From positions 1 to 63,434 of IMG/VR virus record IMGVR_UViG_3300020424_000350: a DNA stretch of 63,434 bases; one strand, given 5' to 3'. The notes below the pieces were generated by a model. The model searched no databases. It saw only the letters and a program-made list of their open reading frames with translations, and was not told the DNA's origin. The position numbers were made by a program, and so were the translations under genes. Below, one piece after another: positions 1 through 10,021 of the stretch. How positions within the stretch are numbered: the first letter of the stretch is position 1; every line of letters begins with the position of its first letter. This DNA is from a virus. Its lineage: Duplodnaviria > Caudoviricetes.

Positions 1-97
1 CAGGTAACGAAAAAATAAAAATAATTAGGTTTTATAAAAAATGATAGAAAAAATTAAATACGAATCTAGCTTAGTTAAAAAATGGTTTGCACAAACT
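1..97. repeat. Terminal overlap with 63338..63434 (circular contig)
   Basis: 97-nt direct repeat with 2 mismatches (positions 17 and 21); the ORF at 62572..63381 reads across the junction. Confidence 0.95.
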
Positions 98-931
98 GAA
101 TCAAATCAAAATATAAACGAGCCAGGAGTGATAGATATAGTTTTAGAACTTATGCACCACTTTGATATTAAATCAAATAAAAGACTTTTAAAAAGGTTTG
201 AAAAACTAAACTATGCAAAAACATTTTTTGAACAAGAAAGTCTTAGAGATGTAGTTTCTAAAGGTAAATTTTTAAAAGGAACTTTTGGTGCAGCTTTGAA
301 AGATTTTTGGGAGTCACCTGATTATGATAAAGATTTATTTAAAGATGGATTAAAAATAGCAAAAGAAAATAAAAAAGATTTTAAACTTACTGAAAAAGAA
401 AAGAAATTCTGGGCAGCTATATTTGCAGAACATGACTTAATACATTTCTTTTTTGATTTAAAAAACACAACTATGGGAGAAATATCTGTCATAACTTTTA
501 CCATTGCTAAAAGTTTTCGTAGAAGTTTTTTTACAATAATCTTTTTTGCTTTAGTAGGAGCCTTATTAGAGTTTTTAAGAAGTCCTACTGGATTAATTCG
601 TTTGAGATGGAATGTAAGAAAAGTACACTCATTAAAACTACATCATCATGATATTCTTAAAATAATATGGAAAGCATATAGAAATGGCAAAAGATGTCCT
701 TGGATGCTGTCAATAAATTGGCACGACAGATTGCATGAGCCATTACACATAGTTAAAGAAGAATTAGGTCTTGATGTAAATGCTGATTTTTCATTTTACC
801 GCAAGATGGACAAAGAATTAGAGAAACTTAATTGGTGGAAAGAATATGGTAAAAGAACTGCATTTCAACAACAGATATTAGTAGCTAGATTAGTAAAAAA
901 TAATGGTGTGCCTTTTAAAATACTTCCATGA
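41..931 (+). CDS. Coq4-like protein (HDxxH-x11-E metal motif)
   Basis: GTFGAAL...EHDLIHFFFDLKNTTMGEI and ...INWHDRLHEPLHIVKEELGL match the Coq4-family pattern. Confidence 0.7.
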   Translation: MIEKIKYESSLVKKWFAQTESNQNINEPGVIDIVLELMHHFDIKSNKRLLKRFEKLNYAKTFFEQESLRDVVSKGKFLKGTFGAALKDFWESPDYDKDLFKDGLKIAKENKKDFKLTEKEKKFWAAIFAEHDLIHFFFDLKNTTMGEISVITFTIAKSFRRSFFTIIFFALVGALLEFLRSPTGLIRLRWNVRKVHSLKLHHHDILKIIWKAYRNGKRCPWMLSINWHDRLHEPLHIVKEELGLDVNADFSFYRKMDKELEKLNWWKEYGKRTAFQQQILVARLVKNNGVPFKILP

Positions 932-1443
932 TTTGGCGGTCAACTATAGATTTAACAGACACAGAAAGACTTGCCTTAAATATTTTTGCTAAACAATATG
1001 AAGGTTCATCAGAAGAAATAGTGCCTAATGCTTTGAGGCAGTTTCCTTCCGTTTTAGAAAAAGTTAATAATTTAATTGATAGTTATTTACCTAGAAAATA
1101 TAAAAAATATTTAGTGCAGTCTTGGTCAATAAATGTTGCTAAAGATACTGTCATTACTTCTAATCCTCATAATCATGGGTACTCTCATTTTAATTTTATA
1201 TTTTACACCGAGAGTGATGGAGAAAATTGTTTAGTACTGAGGGATGCGAATAATTTAGAATTTAAATTAAAATTAAAGACAAATGAATTTATAATATTAC
1301 CACCACAACAGATACATATGATAGAGATAGGTAAAATTAAATCAGACAGAATATCTTTTGTAGGAGACGTTATACTTACAGAAACAGAATATAAAAGCAG
1401 TATGTTTTTACCACCTGTAAATATTTGGCAAGAACTAGAGTAA
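928..1443 (+). CDS. Putative 2OG-Fe(II) oxygenase
   Basis: SW...PHNH...FIFY...ILPPQQIH...RISF pattern of phage 2OG-Fe(II) oxygenases; ATGA-coupled to the upstream gene. Confidence 0.7.
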   Translation: MIWRSTIDLTDTERLALNIFAKQYEGSSEEIVPNALRQFPSVLEKVNNLIDSYLPRKYKKYLVQSWSINVAKDTVITSNPHNHGYSHFNFIFYTESDGENCLVLRDANNLEFKLKLKTNEFIILPPQQIHMIEIGKIKSDRISFVGDVILTETEYKSSMFLPPVNIWQELE

Positions 1444-1452
1444 AATAAAACT

Positions 1453-2352
1453 ATGTTAGGATTTAAAACATTCGCAGAATCACCTATTTCTTCTTTAGCA
1501 AAGCTAGATGATGTAAATGTAGCCCCTACTGGTCAAGTGGGTACTGGTGCTGTAGGTTCTTTAAGTTTCTCACTAGAACTTAATTTTTTAGTGAGTCAAG
1601 ATACCGAAGAAGTAGCTGCGGCTACAACTGGTTTAGGCACACCAACCATAGTTATACCCAAGTCATTTAGTATTTCAGGACAAGTAGGTACTTCTGCTTT
1701 AGGAAGTGCAGTAGCTAAAGCAGATTCAGATGTCGCTGTTACAGGACAAGCAGCTACGACTGGACTATCTGGTATTGGTGTAAATGGTGGTGTAATAGCA
1801 ATCATACCCAGCTTATCAAGTAGTTTAGGTTCAGTTAGTGTAACTATTGATGCAGAAGCAAATGTATCAATACCTTTAGAAGATGAAGGAGAGGCAGAAC
1901 TAGGAACTCCATCAATTACAGCAAGTTCAATCAACGCTGTAGCAGGACAAGCTGGAACTTCCGCACTAGGAACTGTAGTTATACCTGTAACGATTGGTGG
2001 CGTATCTGCTACTTCTGCATTAGGCACGGCAGTAGCTAAAGCAGACGCAGATGTTTCTGTTTCTGGGTTCGGAATGACTACGGGCTTTGGCACAATTACG
2101 CAAAGAACATCAAACACTATAGTGCCAACAGGATATAGTATGACAGGTTCTGTAGGTGCGATAATTATCAATGCTAACGCTACAATTATTCTTAATTCTT
2201 TAGAAGTAACTACTAGTGTTGGAGCTCCGAATATTTGGACATTAGTAGATGATGACCAAACCGCAGGATACAGTACTATAGATACAACACAATCACCGAG
2301 TTACAGTAACATAAACGATACTCAAAACCCTAATTGGGATGAGGTAGCGTAA
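1453..2352 (+). CDS. Virion/tail structural protein with G/S/T/V-rich repeats
   Basis: MLGFKTFAESPISS start and repeated GQ(A/V)GTSALG motifs; tail gene context. Confidence 0.7.
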   Translation: MLGFKTFAESPISSLAKLDDVNVAPTGQVGTGAVGSLSFSLELNFLVSQDTEEVAAATTGLGTPTIVIPKSFSISGQVGTSALGSAVAKADSDVAVTGQAATTGLSGIGVNGGVIAIIPSLSSSLGSVSVTIDAEANVSIPLEDEGEAELGTPSITASSINAVAGQAGTSALGTVVIPVTIGGVSATSALGTAVAKADADVSVSGFGMTTGFGTITQRTSNTIVPTGYSMTGSVGAIIINANATIILNSLEVTTSVGAPNIWTLVDDDQTAGYSTIDTTQSPSYSNINDTQNPNWDEVA

Positions 2353-2382
2353 ACAGATTTTATTACATATAATTGAGGCACT

Positions 2383-3495
2383 ATGGCAAGTACATACGAA
2401 AATAATCTTAGATTAAATGAGATGGGTACTGGGGACCAGTCTGGTACTTGGGGAACGGTAACTAATACTAATTTAGAGTTAATCGCTGAAGCTTTTTCAT
2501 ATCAAACAGAAGCTACATTCAATAGTGATGGAGATAAAACCGCTACTATAGGGGACGGAGTAACTGATAAATACAGAGCGATGTATATTAAAGTTACATC
2601 GACAACTAGCTTATCTGCCACTAGAACATTAAATATAGCCCCTAATACGCTTTCTAAAATGTTTATTATAGAAAACGCTACTACAGGAGGACAATCAATA
2701 GCTGTATCACAAGGTTCAGGAGCTGATGTAACTATCGCTAACGGAACTTCTAAAATAGTATTTACTGATGGATTAGGCTCTGGTGCAGCAGTTTACGACG
2801 GTTTAGATAAAATAGCTTTATCTGCTAATACAACTATTGGCGGTAGTACTTTAGCTTCTCAAATAGCCAATTTTATAACCGCTTCGAGTACGACTACTTT
2901 GACTAATAAAACTTTTGATGCAAATGGCACAGGTAACAGCATATCTAATATAGAAAATGCGGATATAAGTGCTTCTGCAGCTATTGATTTTAGTAAAATG
3001 GCTAATCTAACCGTTAATAGAGCTTTAATTTCAGACAGTAATGGAGATGTTGTAGTAAGTAATGTTTTAGCAGATGAGATTAACCACCTTGACGGAGCTA
3101 CTTCTAATATACAACAACAACTAAATGACAGAGTTACTCCTAGTAGCTCCGCGACTTTTACTAATAAAGGCGGAAACATATCACAATGGACTAATAACTC
3201 AGGGTATATAACATCTTATACTACTAGTTATTCTCAAGGCTCAACTTCAGGATATATTAAATTTACTAATGGTATGCAAATGTGTTGGGCTAAAGTTTAT
3301 CACTCATATTATGGTACTACTTGGACTTATCCATTAAGTTTTTCTAATGCGGTTGTAAGTGCTTCTAAACACGATATTAGAAGTAACTCCTCGGGAGACG
3401 GTTCTAACTATGTTTATAATATAACTACAAGTAGTTTGGCATATACGGGTAGTGTTTATGCAGGTCATGCACTTTTAATGGCGATAGGATATTAA
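2383..3495 (+). CDS. Tail fibre protein
   Basis: Conserved N-terminus (SGTWGTVTNTNL); C-terminal GYIKFTNGMQMCW...YPLSF...AIGY gp53-like tip. Confidence 0.8.
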   Translation: MASTYENNLRLNEMGTGDQSGTWGTVTNTNLELIAEAFSYQTEATFNSDGDKTATIGDGVTDKYRAMYIKVTSTTSLSATRTLNIAPNTLSKMFIIENATTGGQSIAVSQGSGADVTIANGTSKIVFTDGLGSGAAVYDGLDKIALSANTTIGGSTLASQIANFITASSTTTLTNKTFDANGTGNSISNIENADISASAAIDFSKMANLTVNRALISDSNGDVVVSNVLADEINHLDGATSNIQQQLNDRVTPSSSATFTNKGGNISQWTNNSGYITSYTTSYSQGSTSGYIKFTNGMQMCWAKVYHSYYGTTWTYPLSFSNAVVSASKHDIRSNSSGDGSNYVYNITTSSLAYTGSVYAGHALLMAIGY

Positions 3496-3496
3496 A

Positions 3497-3835
3497 ATGT
3501 CAAAGAAATACGCACATATAGACGAAAATAACATTATAAAAGGTTGGTTTGATGATGAAGTTCATGATTCTATACCCGAACCTAATATAGAAGTTACAGA
3601 GCAACAATGGCAAAAAGCAACAGAAAATAATCACAATTACTGTGGCTCTGATGGTGTAACTAAAAATATAGATGTTGGAATAACTAAAGAACAACAATTA
3701 AGAGTCGCTCAAGCTTATCTATCTGAAACAGATTGGTATGTAATTAGAGAAGCAGACTCAGGTAAAGAAATGCCTAGTGAAATTAAAACTAAAAGAGCAG
3801 AAGCCCGAGAAACTATAAGCGATTTAGAGGAATAA
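3497..3835 (+). CDS. Tail fibre assembly chaperone-like protein
   Basis: Follows the fibre gene; YLSETDWYVIR...KRAEAR motif. Confidence 0.7.
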   Translation: MSKKYAHIDENNIIKGWFDDEVHDSIPEPNIEVTEQQWQKATENNHNYCGSDGVTKNIDVGITKEQQLRVAQAYLSETDWYVIREADSGKEMPSEIKTKRAEARETISDLEE

Positions 3836-3991
3836 ATGGAAACTTTACTTTGGATAATATTTATAACAGTAATTAGTAAAGCATTACTAAAAGCTGTTAG
3901 ACCTGATTTAAATAGAAAATTAAATAAAAGCGTTCAATCAGTAGGTAAAGCGATGAAAGCATATTACGACTACTGTAAGCAGTGGTGGTAA
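3836..3991 (+). CDS. Small membrane protein (51 aa, not in ORF track)
   Basis: GAGG RBS; METLLWIIFITVISKALL; stop overlaps the next ATG. Confidence 0.55.
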   Translation: METLLWIIFITVISKALLKAVRPDLNRKLNKSVQSVGKAMKAYYDYCKQWW

Positions 3992-4200
3992 TGGCTAGAG
4001 CGACAGTAAACGAAGTAGATAAACGTTTAAGTGCTCATGAAGCAGCTTGTGACCAACGTTGGAAAGAAAATTATCGTAGATTAGATTCTATAGAAAATGG
4101 GATTTTATTAATTAATAAAACAATCAGGAATAGCTTAATATTTATTGTTACTATTTCCTTGACTGCTATAGGGTTTCTAGTAAGATACACTTTGTTTTAG
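3991..4200 (+). CDS. Holin/XhlA-like membrane protein
   Basis: HEAACDQRW coiled segment plus C-terminal TM helix; directly before the endolysin. Confidence 0.5.
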   Translation: MARATVNEVDKRLSAHEAACDQRWKENYRRLDSIENGILLINKTIRNSLIFIVTISLTAIGFLVRYTLF

Positions 4201-4209
4201 GAGAGCCAA

Positions 4210-4677
4210 ATGGACTTTTCCTCAGAAACTAAATTATCAAAACACTTTAAATTAAAAGAGTTTGAAAAATCTCAAATGGCTTATCGTCTAGGTATTGATA
4301 ATAGAGTTACTGACAAAACAATATTTAATAATTTAAAAAATTTAAGTGAGGAAATACTTGAACCTATACGAAATCATTTCGGCAAACCTTTTACTCCTAA
4401 TTCTGGTTACCGCTGTTTGGAGCTCAATAGAAAGCTTGGCTCTCGTGACACTAGCCAACATACTTTAGGTCAAGCCGTAGATATAGAAATCGTTGGCATA
4501 GACAACGAGACGTTATTCGCATACATAAAAAATGAATTAGATTTTGACCAAGTCATTTTAGAATACTATGACGGAATAACTCCTGATAGTGGTTGGATTC
4601 ATGTATCATATGTAAGCCCTAAAGATAACAGAAAAAACAGTTTCGCATACGACGGAATAAATTATAGAGTAGTTTAA
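4210..4677 (+). CDS. Endolysin, peptidase M15A family
   Basis: LSKHFKLKEF...SGYRC...SQHTLGQAVDI...WIHVSY. Confidence 0.9.
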   Translation: MDFSSETKLSKHFKLKEFEKSQMAYRLGIDNRVTDKTIFNNLKNLSEEILEPIRNHFGKPFTPNSGYRCLELNRKLGSRDTSQHTLGQAVDIEIVGIDNETLFAYIKNELDFDQVILEYYDGITPDSGWIHVSYVSPKDNRKNSFAYDGINYRVV

Positions 4678-6584
4678 TGCCCTTATTAAAATTACAATTT
4701 AAACCAGGAATCAACAGAGAAGGTACTAACTACAGTAATGAAGGCGGTTGGTTTGACGGCAACTTAATACGTTTTAACAAACAAAACGTAGAAAAAATAG
4801 GCGGTTGGAGAAAAGATAACAGTAATACTTTTTTAGGTAATTGTAGAAAATTACACGGTTGGACAGATTTAAACGGTACAAAATTTTTAGGATTAGGTAC
4901 AACTAGTAAATACTATATCGAAAAGGGTGGTTCATTTTATGACGTTACACCATTAAGGCAAACAACAGCCGCAGGTGACGTAACTTTTGCAGCAACTAAT
5001 GGCTCAAGCGTAGTCACTGTTACTGATACTAATCATGGATTAGGGGTAGGTGATTATGTAGCTTTTAGTGGTGCAACTAGTTTTGGCGGTAATATAACAG
5101 CGGCTGTAATAAATCAAACAGGAACAACATATTTAAATCAAATAGGTTTTATGGTCGCTTCTGTCGTAGACGCTAATAACTATACGATAACTGTACCAGT
5201 AACAGCTAATTCTTCTGACGCTGGTAGTAATAAAGGTGGGAGCAGTGTCATAGGGTACTATCAAATACAAGTAGGATTAGATAGTTATGTCTCAGGAACA
5301 GGTTGGGGAGCAGGAGCATGGGGAGAAAGCACTTGGGGAAGTACAAGTCCGTTAGCTTTCGCTAGTCAATTAAGATTATGGTCACATGATAATTACGGTG
5401 AAGATTTAATTATTAATCCTAGAAACGGTGGTATCTTTTTCTGGGACACTTCCGCAGGGGTAGAATGGGCTACTAATAATAATCACAATAGGGCTAAAGC
5501 GTTATCGGACCTCACAGGAGCTAATTTAGCCCCCACAGTAGGGTTATTTACCTTAGTATCTCAGGTAGATAAACACGCTATTATTTTAGGAGTAGACCCT
5601 ATTAATACAGCAGGAACAGCTAGAACAGGACAAATTGACCCAATGCTTATAGCATTTAGCGACCAAGATAATATTGTAGAGTGGGAGCCAAAATCTACTA
5701 ATACTGCAGGAGCATTAAGTTTATCTGAAGGTAGTACTATCGTAGGAGCAGTAAAGTCAAGACAAGAAATATTAGTCTGGACAGATACCTCTTTATACAG
5801 TATGCAATTTATTGGTCCACCTTTTACATTCGGTATAAATTTAATAAATAAAGAAACTGGATTAATTGGACCTAATGCTGCGATAGTAACTTCAAAAGGT
5901 GTTTTTTGGATGGCGGTAGATAATTTTTATGTTTACACAGGTACAGTACAAAAAGTTCCTTGTACAGTTTTAAGTTATGTTTTTGATGATATAAATGTTT
6001 CAGAAGTTTATAAATTTCATGCTTTTTTAAATGAAGAATTTAATGAAGTAGGCTGGTTCTATACTTCGAAAAACGGTAATGAGATTGATAGATATGTTTC
6101 TTATAACTATGACATAGGTGCATGGGCTTATGGAACATTAAGTAGAACAGCTTGGTTAGACTCGGGTACAGAACCTTACCCAAGAGCTACAAGTAGTAAT
6201 TATTTATACGAACATGAGTATGGTTACGATGACGACGGTAATCCTATGACTAATGTTTTTATAGAAAGTTCAGATATGGATTTAGATGAAGGAGAACAAT
6301 TCAGCCATATATCTAAATTAATACCTGATGTTAGATTTCTAAATAACGCGGCAGGACAAATAAATTTTGTTTTAAAAACTAGAAACTCTCCTGGAGAAAC
6401 ATTAACTACTAAAAGTACTAACGCTGTAACAAGCACTGCGGCTAAAGTAGATTTACGTTCTAGGTCAAGACAGGCAGCTTTTAGATTTGAATCAGATGAC
6501 GACGCTTCTTATCCTGGAAATACAAATACAGGTTGGCGATTAGGTAATAATAGAATAGAAATAAACCCTGACGGAAAACGTTAA
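4677..6584 (+). CDS. Tail tubular/nozzle (DNA stabilisation, P22 gp10-like) protein
   Basis: 635-aa beta-rich protein; MPLLKLQFKPGINRE start and PDGKR end; podoviral tail context. Confidence 0.7.
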   Translation: MPLLKLQFKPGINREGTNYSNEGGWFDGNLIRFNKQNVEKIGGWRKDNSNTFLGNCRKLHGWTDLNGTKFLGLGTTSKYYIEKGGSFYDVTPLRQTTAAGDVTFAATNGSSVVTVTDTNHGLGVGDYVAFSGATSFGGNITAAVINQTGTTYLNQIGFMVASVVDANNYTITVPVTANSSDAGSNKGGSSVIGYYQIQVGLDSYVSGTGWGAGAWGESTWGSTSPLAFASQLRLWSHDNYGEDLIINPRNGGIFFWDTSAGVEWATNNNHNRAKALSDLTGANLAPTVGLFTLVSQVDKHAIILGVDPINTAGTARTGQIDPMLIAFSDQDNIVEWEPKSTNTAGALSLSEGSTIVGAVKSRQEILVWTDTSLYSMQFIGPPFTFGINLINKETGLIGPNAAIVTSKGVFWMAVDNFYVYTGTVQKVPCTVLSYVFDDINVSEVYKFHAFLNEEFNEVGWFYTSKNGNEIDRYVSYNYDIGAWAYGTLSRTAWLDSGTEPYPRATSSNYLYEHEYGYDDDGNPMTNVFIESSDMDLDEGEQFSHISKLIPDVRFLNNAAGQINFVLKTRNSPGETLTTKSTNAVTSTAAKVDLRSRSRQAAFRFESDDDASYPGNTNTGWRLGNNRIEINPDGKR

Positions 6585-6934
6585 TGGCTAAATTATTAAG
6601 AACTTCGCTACCGTTTAGTTCTGACGGTCAAGTAAACGGTGAGTTATATAATAGATTACTTAGAGTATTAGAATTAAATCTAGGAGAGTTTGACCCTGAT
6701 AATACTAGACAAATAACTACTGAGGAAAAATTAGATAATAAATTTAATTTAGGAGCAATCGTATTCGATACGACTTTAAGTAAGCTACAAGTATACGACG
6801 GAGATAATTGGCTTTCTATTGCTACTATACCCCTTGATGTATTTAGTGGACCACCCACCAATGGATTAGAAGCTCAATCTTCTTTAGGTACTTTGTCTGT
6901 TAGTGCTGGTGGGGACACTACAATTACATTATAA
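6584..6934 (+). CDS. Virion structural protein
   Basis: GAIVFDTTLSKLQVYDGDNW motif typical of tail proteins. Confidence 0.55.
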   Translation: MAKLLRTSLPFSSDGQVNGELYNRLLRVLELNLGEFDPDNTRQITTEEKLDNKFNLGAIVFDTTLSKLQVYDGDNWLSIATIPLDVFSGPPTNGLEAQSSLGTLSVSAGGDTTITL

Positions 6935-6969
6935 ATATTTTCAAATATAATACCCAAAAGGAGATTAAC

Positions 6970-7653
6970 ATGATAAATCAATGGTCGTATAGCCGTTTAA
7001 GTTGTTTTGAAAAATGTCCCAAACAAGCAGAATTTAAATTTGTTAAAAAATTAAAAGAGCCTGGAAGTCCAGCAATGGATAGAGGCAAACATATCCATAA
7101 ACTTTGTGAAGAGTATATTCGTGGGTTTCATCAAGAAATACCAGAAGAAATAAAAGGATTAGAAGATAATTTTAAAGAACTAAAAGAACTGCACGAAAGA
7201 GGACACGTGCTTTGTGAAGAAGATTGGGCTTGGGACGAAGAATGGAAACAAACAGGCTGGTTTGATTATAATACTTGGGGTAGAGCTAAAGTGGATGCTT
7301 TTGTATATGAAGAAGGTGTTTCTAAACAAGCTCGAGTTATTGATTTTAAAACAGGAAAGTTCGAAGGTAATGAAGAAGCTCATAGAGAACAGTGTGAATT
7401 ATACGGTTCTATAGCTTTAAAAAGGTTTCCAGAATTAGAAGAAATAGTTACTGAAATGTGGTATTTAGACCATAATAAAATAAGTAAGTTCGTTTACGAT
7501 ACACAAACAATAATTTTAAAAAGAGACCGTATAAACGCTAGAGCTATAAATATGACTACAGCTACAGAGTTTCCTGCTAATCCACATAAATGGAGATGTC
7601 GTTGGTGCCATTTTGGTAAAGAAGGGTTATGCGAAGAAAGAATTACAGATTAA
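6970..7653 (+). CDS. PD-(D/E)XK Cas4/RecB-like exonuclease
   Basis: WSYSRL..F.KCP, RG..IH, KVD...IDFKTGK, Q..LY, C-terminal CRWC...C Fe-S ligands. Confidence 0.85.
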   Translation: MINQWSYSRLSCFEKCPKQAEFKFVKKLKEPGSPAMDRGKHIHKLCEEYIRGFHQEIPEEIKGLEDNFKELKELHERGHVLCEEDWAWDEEWKQTGWFDYNTWGRAKVDAFVYEEGVSKQARVIDFKTGKFEGNEEAHREQCELYGSIALKRFPELEEIVTEMWYLDHNKISKFVYDTQTIILKRDRINARAINMTTATEFPANPHKWRCRWCHFGKEGLCEERITD

Positions 7654-7654
7654 T

Positions 7655-8251
7655 ATGAAACACCCATATTTTATACTTCCAGATGTTTTACCAGATATAG
7701 TGGTAGAAGATATAAAAAACATTGTTTTAAATTACGAAGAAATAGACGGTGGTGTGGGCGGTAATGTAACTCTGCAAGAAGAAGCCACAGTAGATAATGA
7801 AATAAGAAGATGTAAACAACGTTGGATTCCACCTAACGCAGAAGATACTAAAAAGATACATAATCTTTGTACAGAAATATTTGAAGAAGCAAACAGAAGA
7901 TGTTTTAGCGTAAATTTAGATAGGGTGTTTAATATGTTTTACGCTGAGTATCGAGCAGAGGATAATGGTTATTACGCTCAACATAAAGACTCTAATTTAG
8001 GTATTAACGGTGAACTGTACGATAGAAAACTTAGTATGACAATACAACTATCAGACTCTGCTGAATATGAGGGGGGTGATTTTGTTTTTTATGATGACCT
8101 ACATGGTTGGGCTCAACCCGACAAGGAACGTATTAGGAAAAAGGGTGCGGTGTTTGTTTTCCCTTCTTTTTTAGAACATGGTGTAAAACCTGTAACGAAA
8201 GGAATTAGAAAATGTTTCATAGCTTTTATCGAAGGACCCGCTTGGCGTTAA
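7655..8251 (+). CDS. 2OG-Fe(II) oxygenase (prolyl-hydroxylase/PKHD-like)
   Basis: HKD...RKLSMTIQLS...YEGGDF...FPSFLEHGVKPVTKGIR; start reassigned to ATG 7655. Confidence 0.88.
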   Translation: MKHPYFILPDVLPDIVVEDIKNIVLNYEEIDGGVGGNVTLQEEATVDNEIRRCKQRWIPPNAEDTKKIHNLCTEIFEEANRRCFSVNLDRVFNMFYAEYRAEDNGYYAQHKDSNLGINGELYDRKLSMTIQLSDSAEYEGGDFVFYDDLHGWAQPDKERIRKKGAVFVFPSFLEHGVKPVTKGIRKCFIAFIEGPAWR

Positions 8252-8296
8252 TGCATTAACAATCATCTAAAAATACTTTATTATTGTTCTCGGTAG

Positions 8297-8644
8297 GTGA
8301 TTATTATGGAACAACCTAACGAAATCATAAAAACTGGGGAACCTCAAAAGGTTAAACTAGAATTAGAACTAGATACTACACAAAAGAAATACGAACCTAA
8401 TAAGTTTCAAACTTGGGTAGATTTAGCGGTAACTATAGACTCTTGGAGAATCTTCCCTAGATTATTTATTACAATTTACATAGTTTTATTATATAAAACT
8501 TGTGTATGGTTTATGGGCTTAGATACCCCTAGTTTAGAACAAAGTGGGTTTGTATCTATTGTTGTAGGAGCGGGAGCCGCTTGGTTTGGTTTATATGCTG
8601 GTACAGGCGGTGCAAGTAAAACTAAATTAAAACAATATGACTGA
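8297..8644 (+). CDS. Two-TM membrane protein (possible holin)
   Basis: DSWRIFPRLF followed by two hydrophobic helices. Confidence 0.5.
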   Translation: MIIMEQPNEIIKTGEPQKVKLELELDTTQKKYEPNKFQTWVDLAVTIDSWRIFPRLFITIYIVLLYKTCVWFMGLDTPSLEQSGFVSIVVGAGAAWFGLYAGTGGASKTKLKQYD

Positions 8645-8831
8645 TACCTTAAAAATCTATTTAACAGAGTTTGAATACAATGGAGTTACCTACGACGGAC
8701 CTAATATTGTAGCTAAAAATTTTAAGGAAGCTGTACGACATGCTGATGATTTAGGCATAATTGTTGTTGGAAAATTAGATACATTTATATCGTCATCTGG
8801 TGCTGAAAACCATAAAACAACGATACATTAA
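8637..8831 (+). CDS. Hypothetical protein
   Basis: ORF coupled to both neighbours. Confidence 0.6.
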   Translation: MTDTLKIYLTEFEYNGVTYDGPNIVAKNFKEAVRHADDLGIIVVGKLDTFISSSGAENHKTTIH

Positions 8832-9214
8832 TGTATGATATGACTATGTTTGAACTTACGTTAAGCGATTTTTATATCGAGTTTATAGGATTTGTACTTA
8901 CTTTATTAGTAGGATTAGCTGTAAAAGATTATGCTGTAACTTTTGTAAAAGGAGCATTTTTTAGATTCTTTTCACCTTTTGATGAAGGTGATAAAGTAAT
9001 TCTAGACGGACAAACGGCTATGATAATAAAAATTGGTTTTTCGCAAACCGTGTTCGGTGTTTATAGCGAAGATGGATATACATGGAGGTATATCCCGAAC
9101 CAAAAATTAGATAATTTTAAGTTAGAAAAAGTAGTAGACGCTGAATTACACGCTGATACAGCTAAAGAAAAAGCTGAAAAAATACGAGCTATCTTAGAAG
9201 AAAAAGACGATTAG
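8831..9214 (+). CDS. Minimal MscS-like membrane protein
   Basis: TM helix then PFDEGDKVILDGQTAMIIKIGFSQT...IPN, resembling the MscS middle beta-domain. Confidence 0.55.
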   Translation: MYDMTMFELTLSDFYIEFIGFVLTLLVGLAVKDYAVTFVKGAFFRFFSPFDEGDKVILDGQTAMIIKIGFSQTVFGVYSEDGYTWRYIPNQKLDNFKLEKVVDAELHADTAKEKAEKIRAILEEKDD

Positions 9215-9319
9215 GGGCTATACAGCTTGTTAGTTCATAAAGTATAATCACTTTACAGTTATATAGACTGCACCTTAGGATAGGCAAAAATCCGCATTTT
9301 AATTAAAATATATGAGTAT

Positions 9320-10021
9320 ATGAGTGCAGGAATAGCGATGGCAGTGATAGCGGGAGTACAAGCTCTCGATTCTATCCTTAATAAACCTAAAAAACAAATA
9401 CGTCCTGCCGATTCTAAAGTTTTGGGAGAAGACCAACAAGGAATAGCTAGTATCGAATTAGATACTATCGGTGATGAAACACTTAATGAAGCTGACGATA
9501 TTAAATTTAAAGAACTCGAAAAACCCGAAGATATAGAAATAACTGAAACATTAAATACACCAGAAGAAGGGTTAGCAAGTTTACTTAAACAATTACCTAT
9601 ACAACAGGCTGCCGAGGGAGAGGAAATAAATAGTGAAGGTGTGAGTGCTTCTGAAACCGAAGAATACATTAATATGGCATTTAGTATATTACAACTTTTA
9701 TTAGATAAAGATGAAAAACCTCCCATTGCTCCCGCAAGAGCTCCTAGTTTTTCTGTTGAAAGTCAGGGCATAGGTCCACTACAGACTATAGGAATGAATA
9801 CGGGAGGAGAACCTTCAAAAGTTTTAGCAAGACCTATGTTTAATGGTGACCCCGTAGTAGGTCCAGGAGGTCCAAAAGATGATATAATACCAGTACTCGC
9901 TAGTGATGGTGAGTTTATGTTATCAAAAGCAGCGGTAGACCATGCTGGTGGTGGTAATCACGAATTAGGTATCGCTAGATTAAAAGCATTTAATAATAAA
10001 GGTAATCAAAGATATGGCTAG
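9320..10021 (+). CDS. Internal virion protein
   Basis: C-terminal GPGGPKDDIIPVLASDGEFMLSKAAV motif; first gene of the ejection-protein block. Confidence 0.6.
   Translation: MSAGIAMAVIAGVQALDSILNKPKKQIRPADSKVLGEDQQGIASIELDTIGDETLNEADDIKFKELEKPEDIEITETLNTPEEGLASLLKQLPIQQAAEGEEINSEGVSASETEEYINMAFSILQLLLDKDEKPPIAPARAPSFSVESQGIGPLQTIGMNTGGEPSKVLARPMFNGDPVVGPGGPKDDIIPVLASDGEFMLSKAAVDHAGGGNHELGIARLKAFNNKGNQRYG

Noticed and set aside
1-97. Biological direct terminal repeat
   Set aside because: The overlap falls across coding sequence in a coupled operon, which fits assembly circularisation rather than physical ends
1596-2171. Minus-strand ORFs (e.g. 1596, 9259, 49229, 56692, 60485)
   Set aside because: Antisense shadows of well-supported plus-strand genes with no recognisable motifs
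6970-7653. Cas4 as part of a CRISPR system
   Set aside because: No cas1/cas2 or array; stand-alone Cas4-like exonucleases are common in phages
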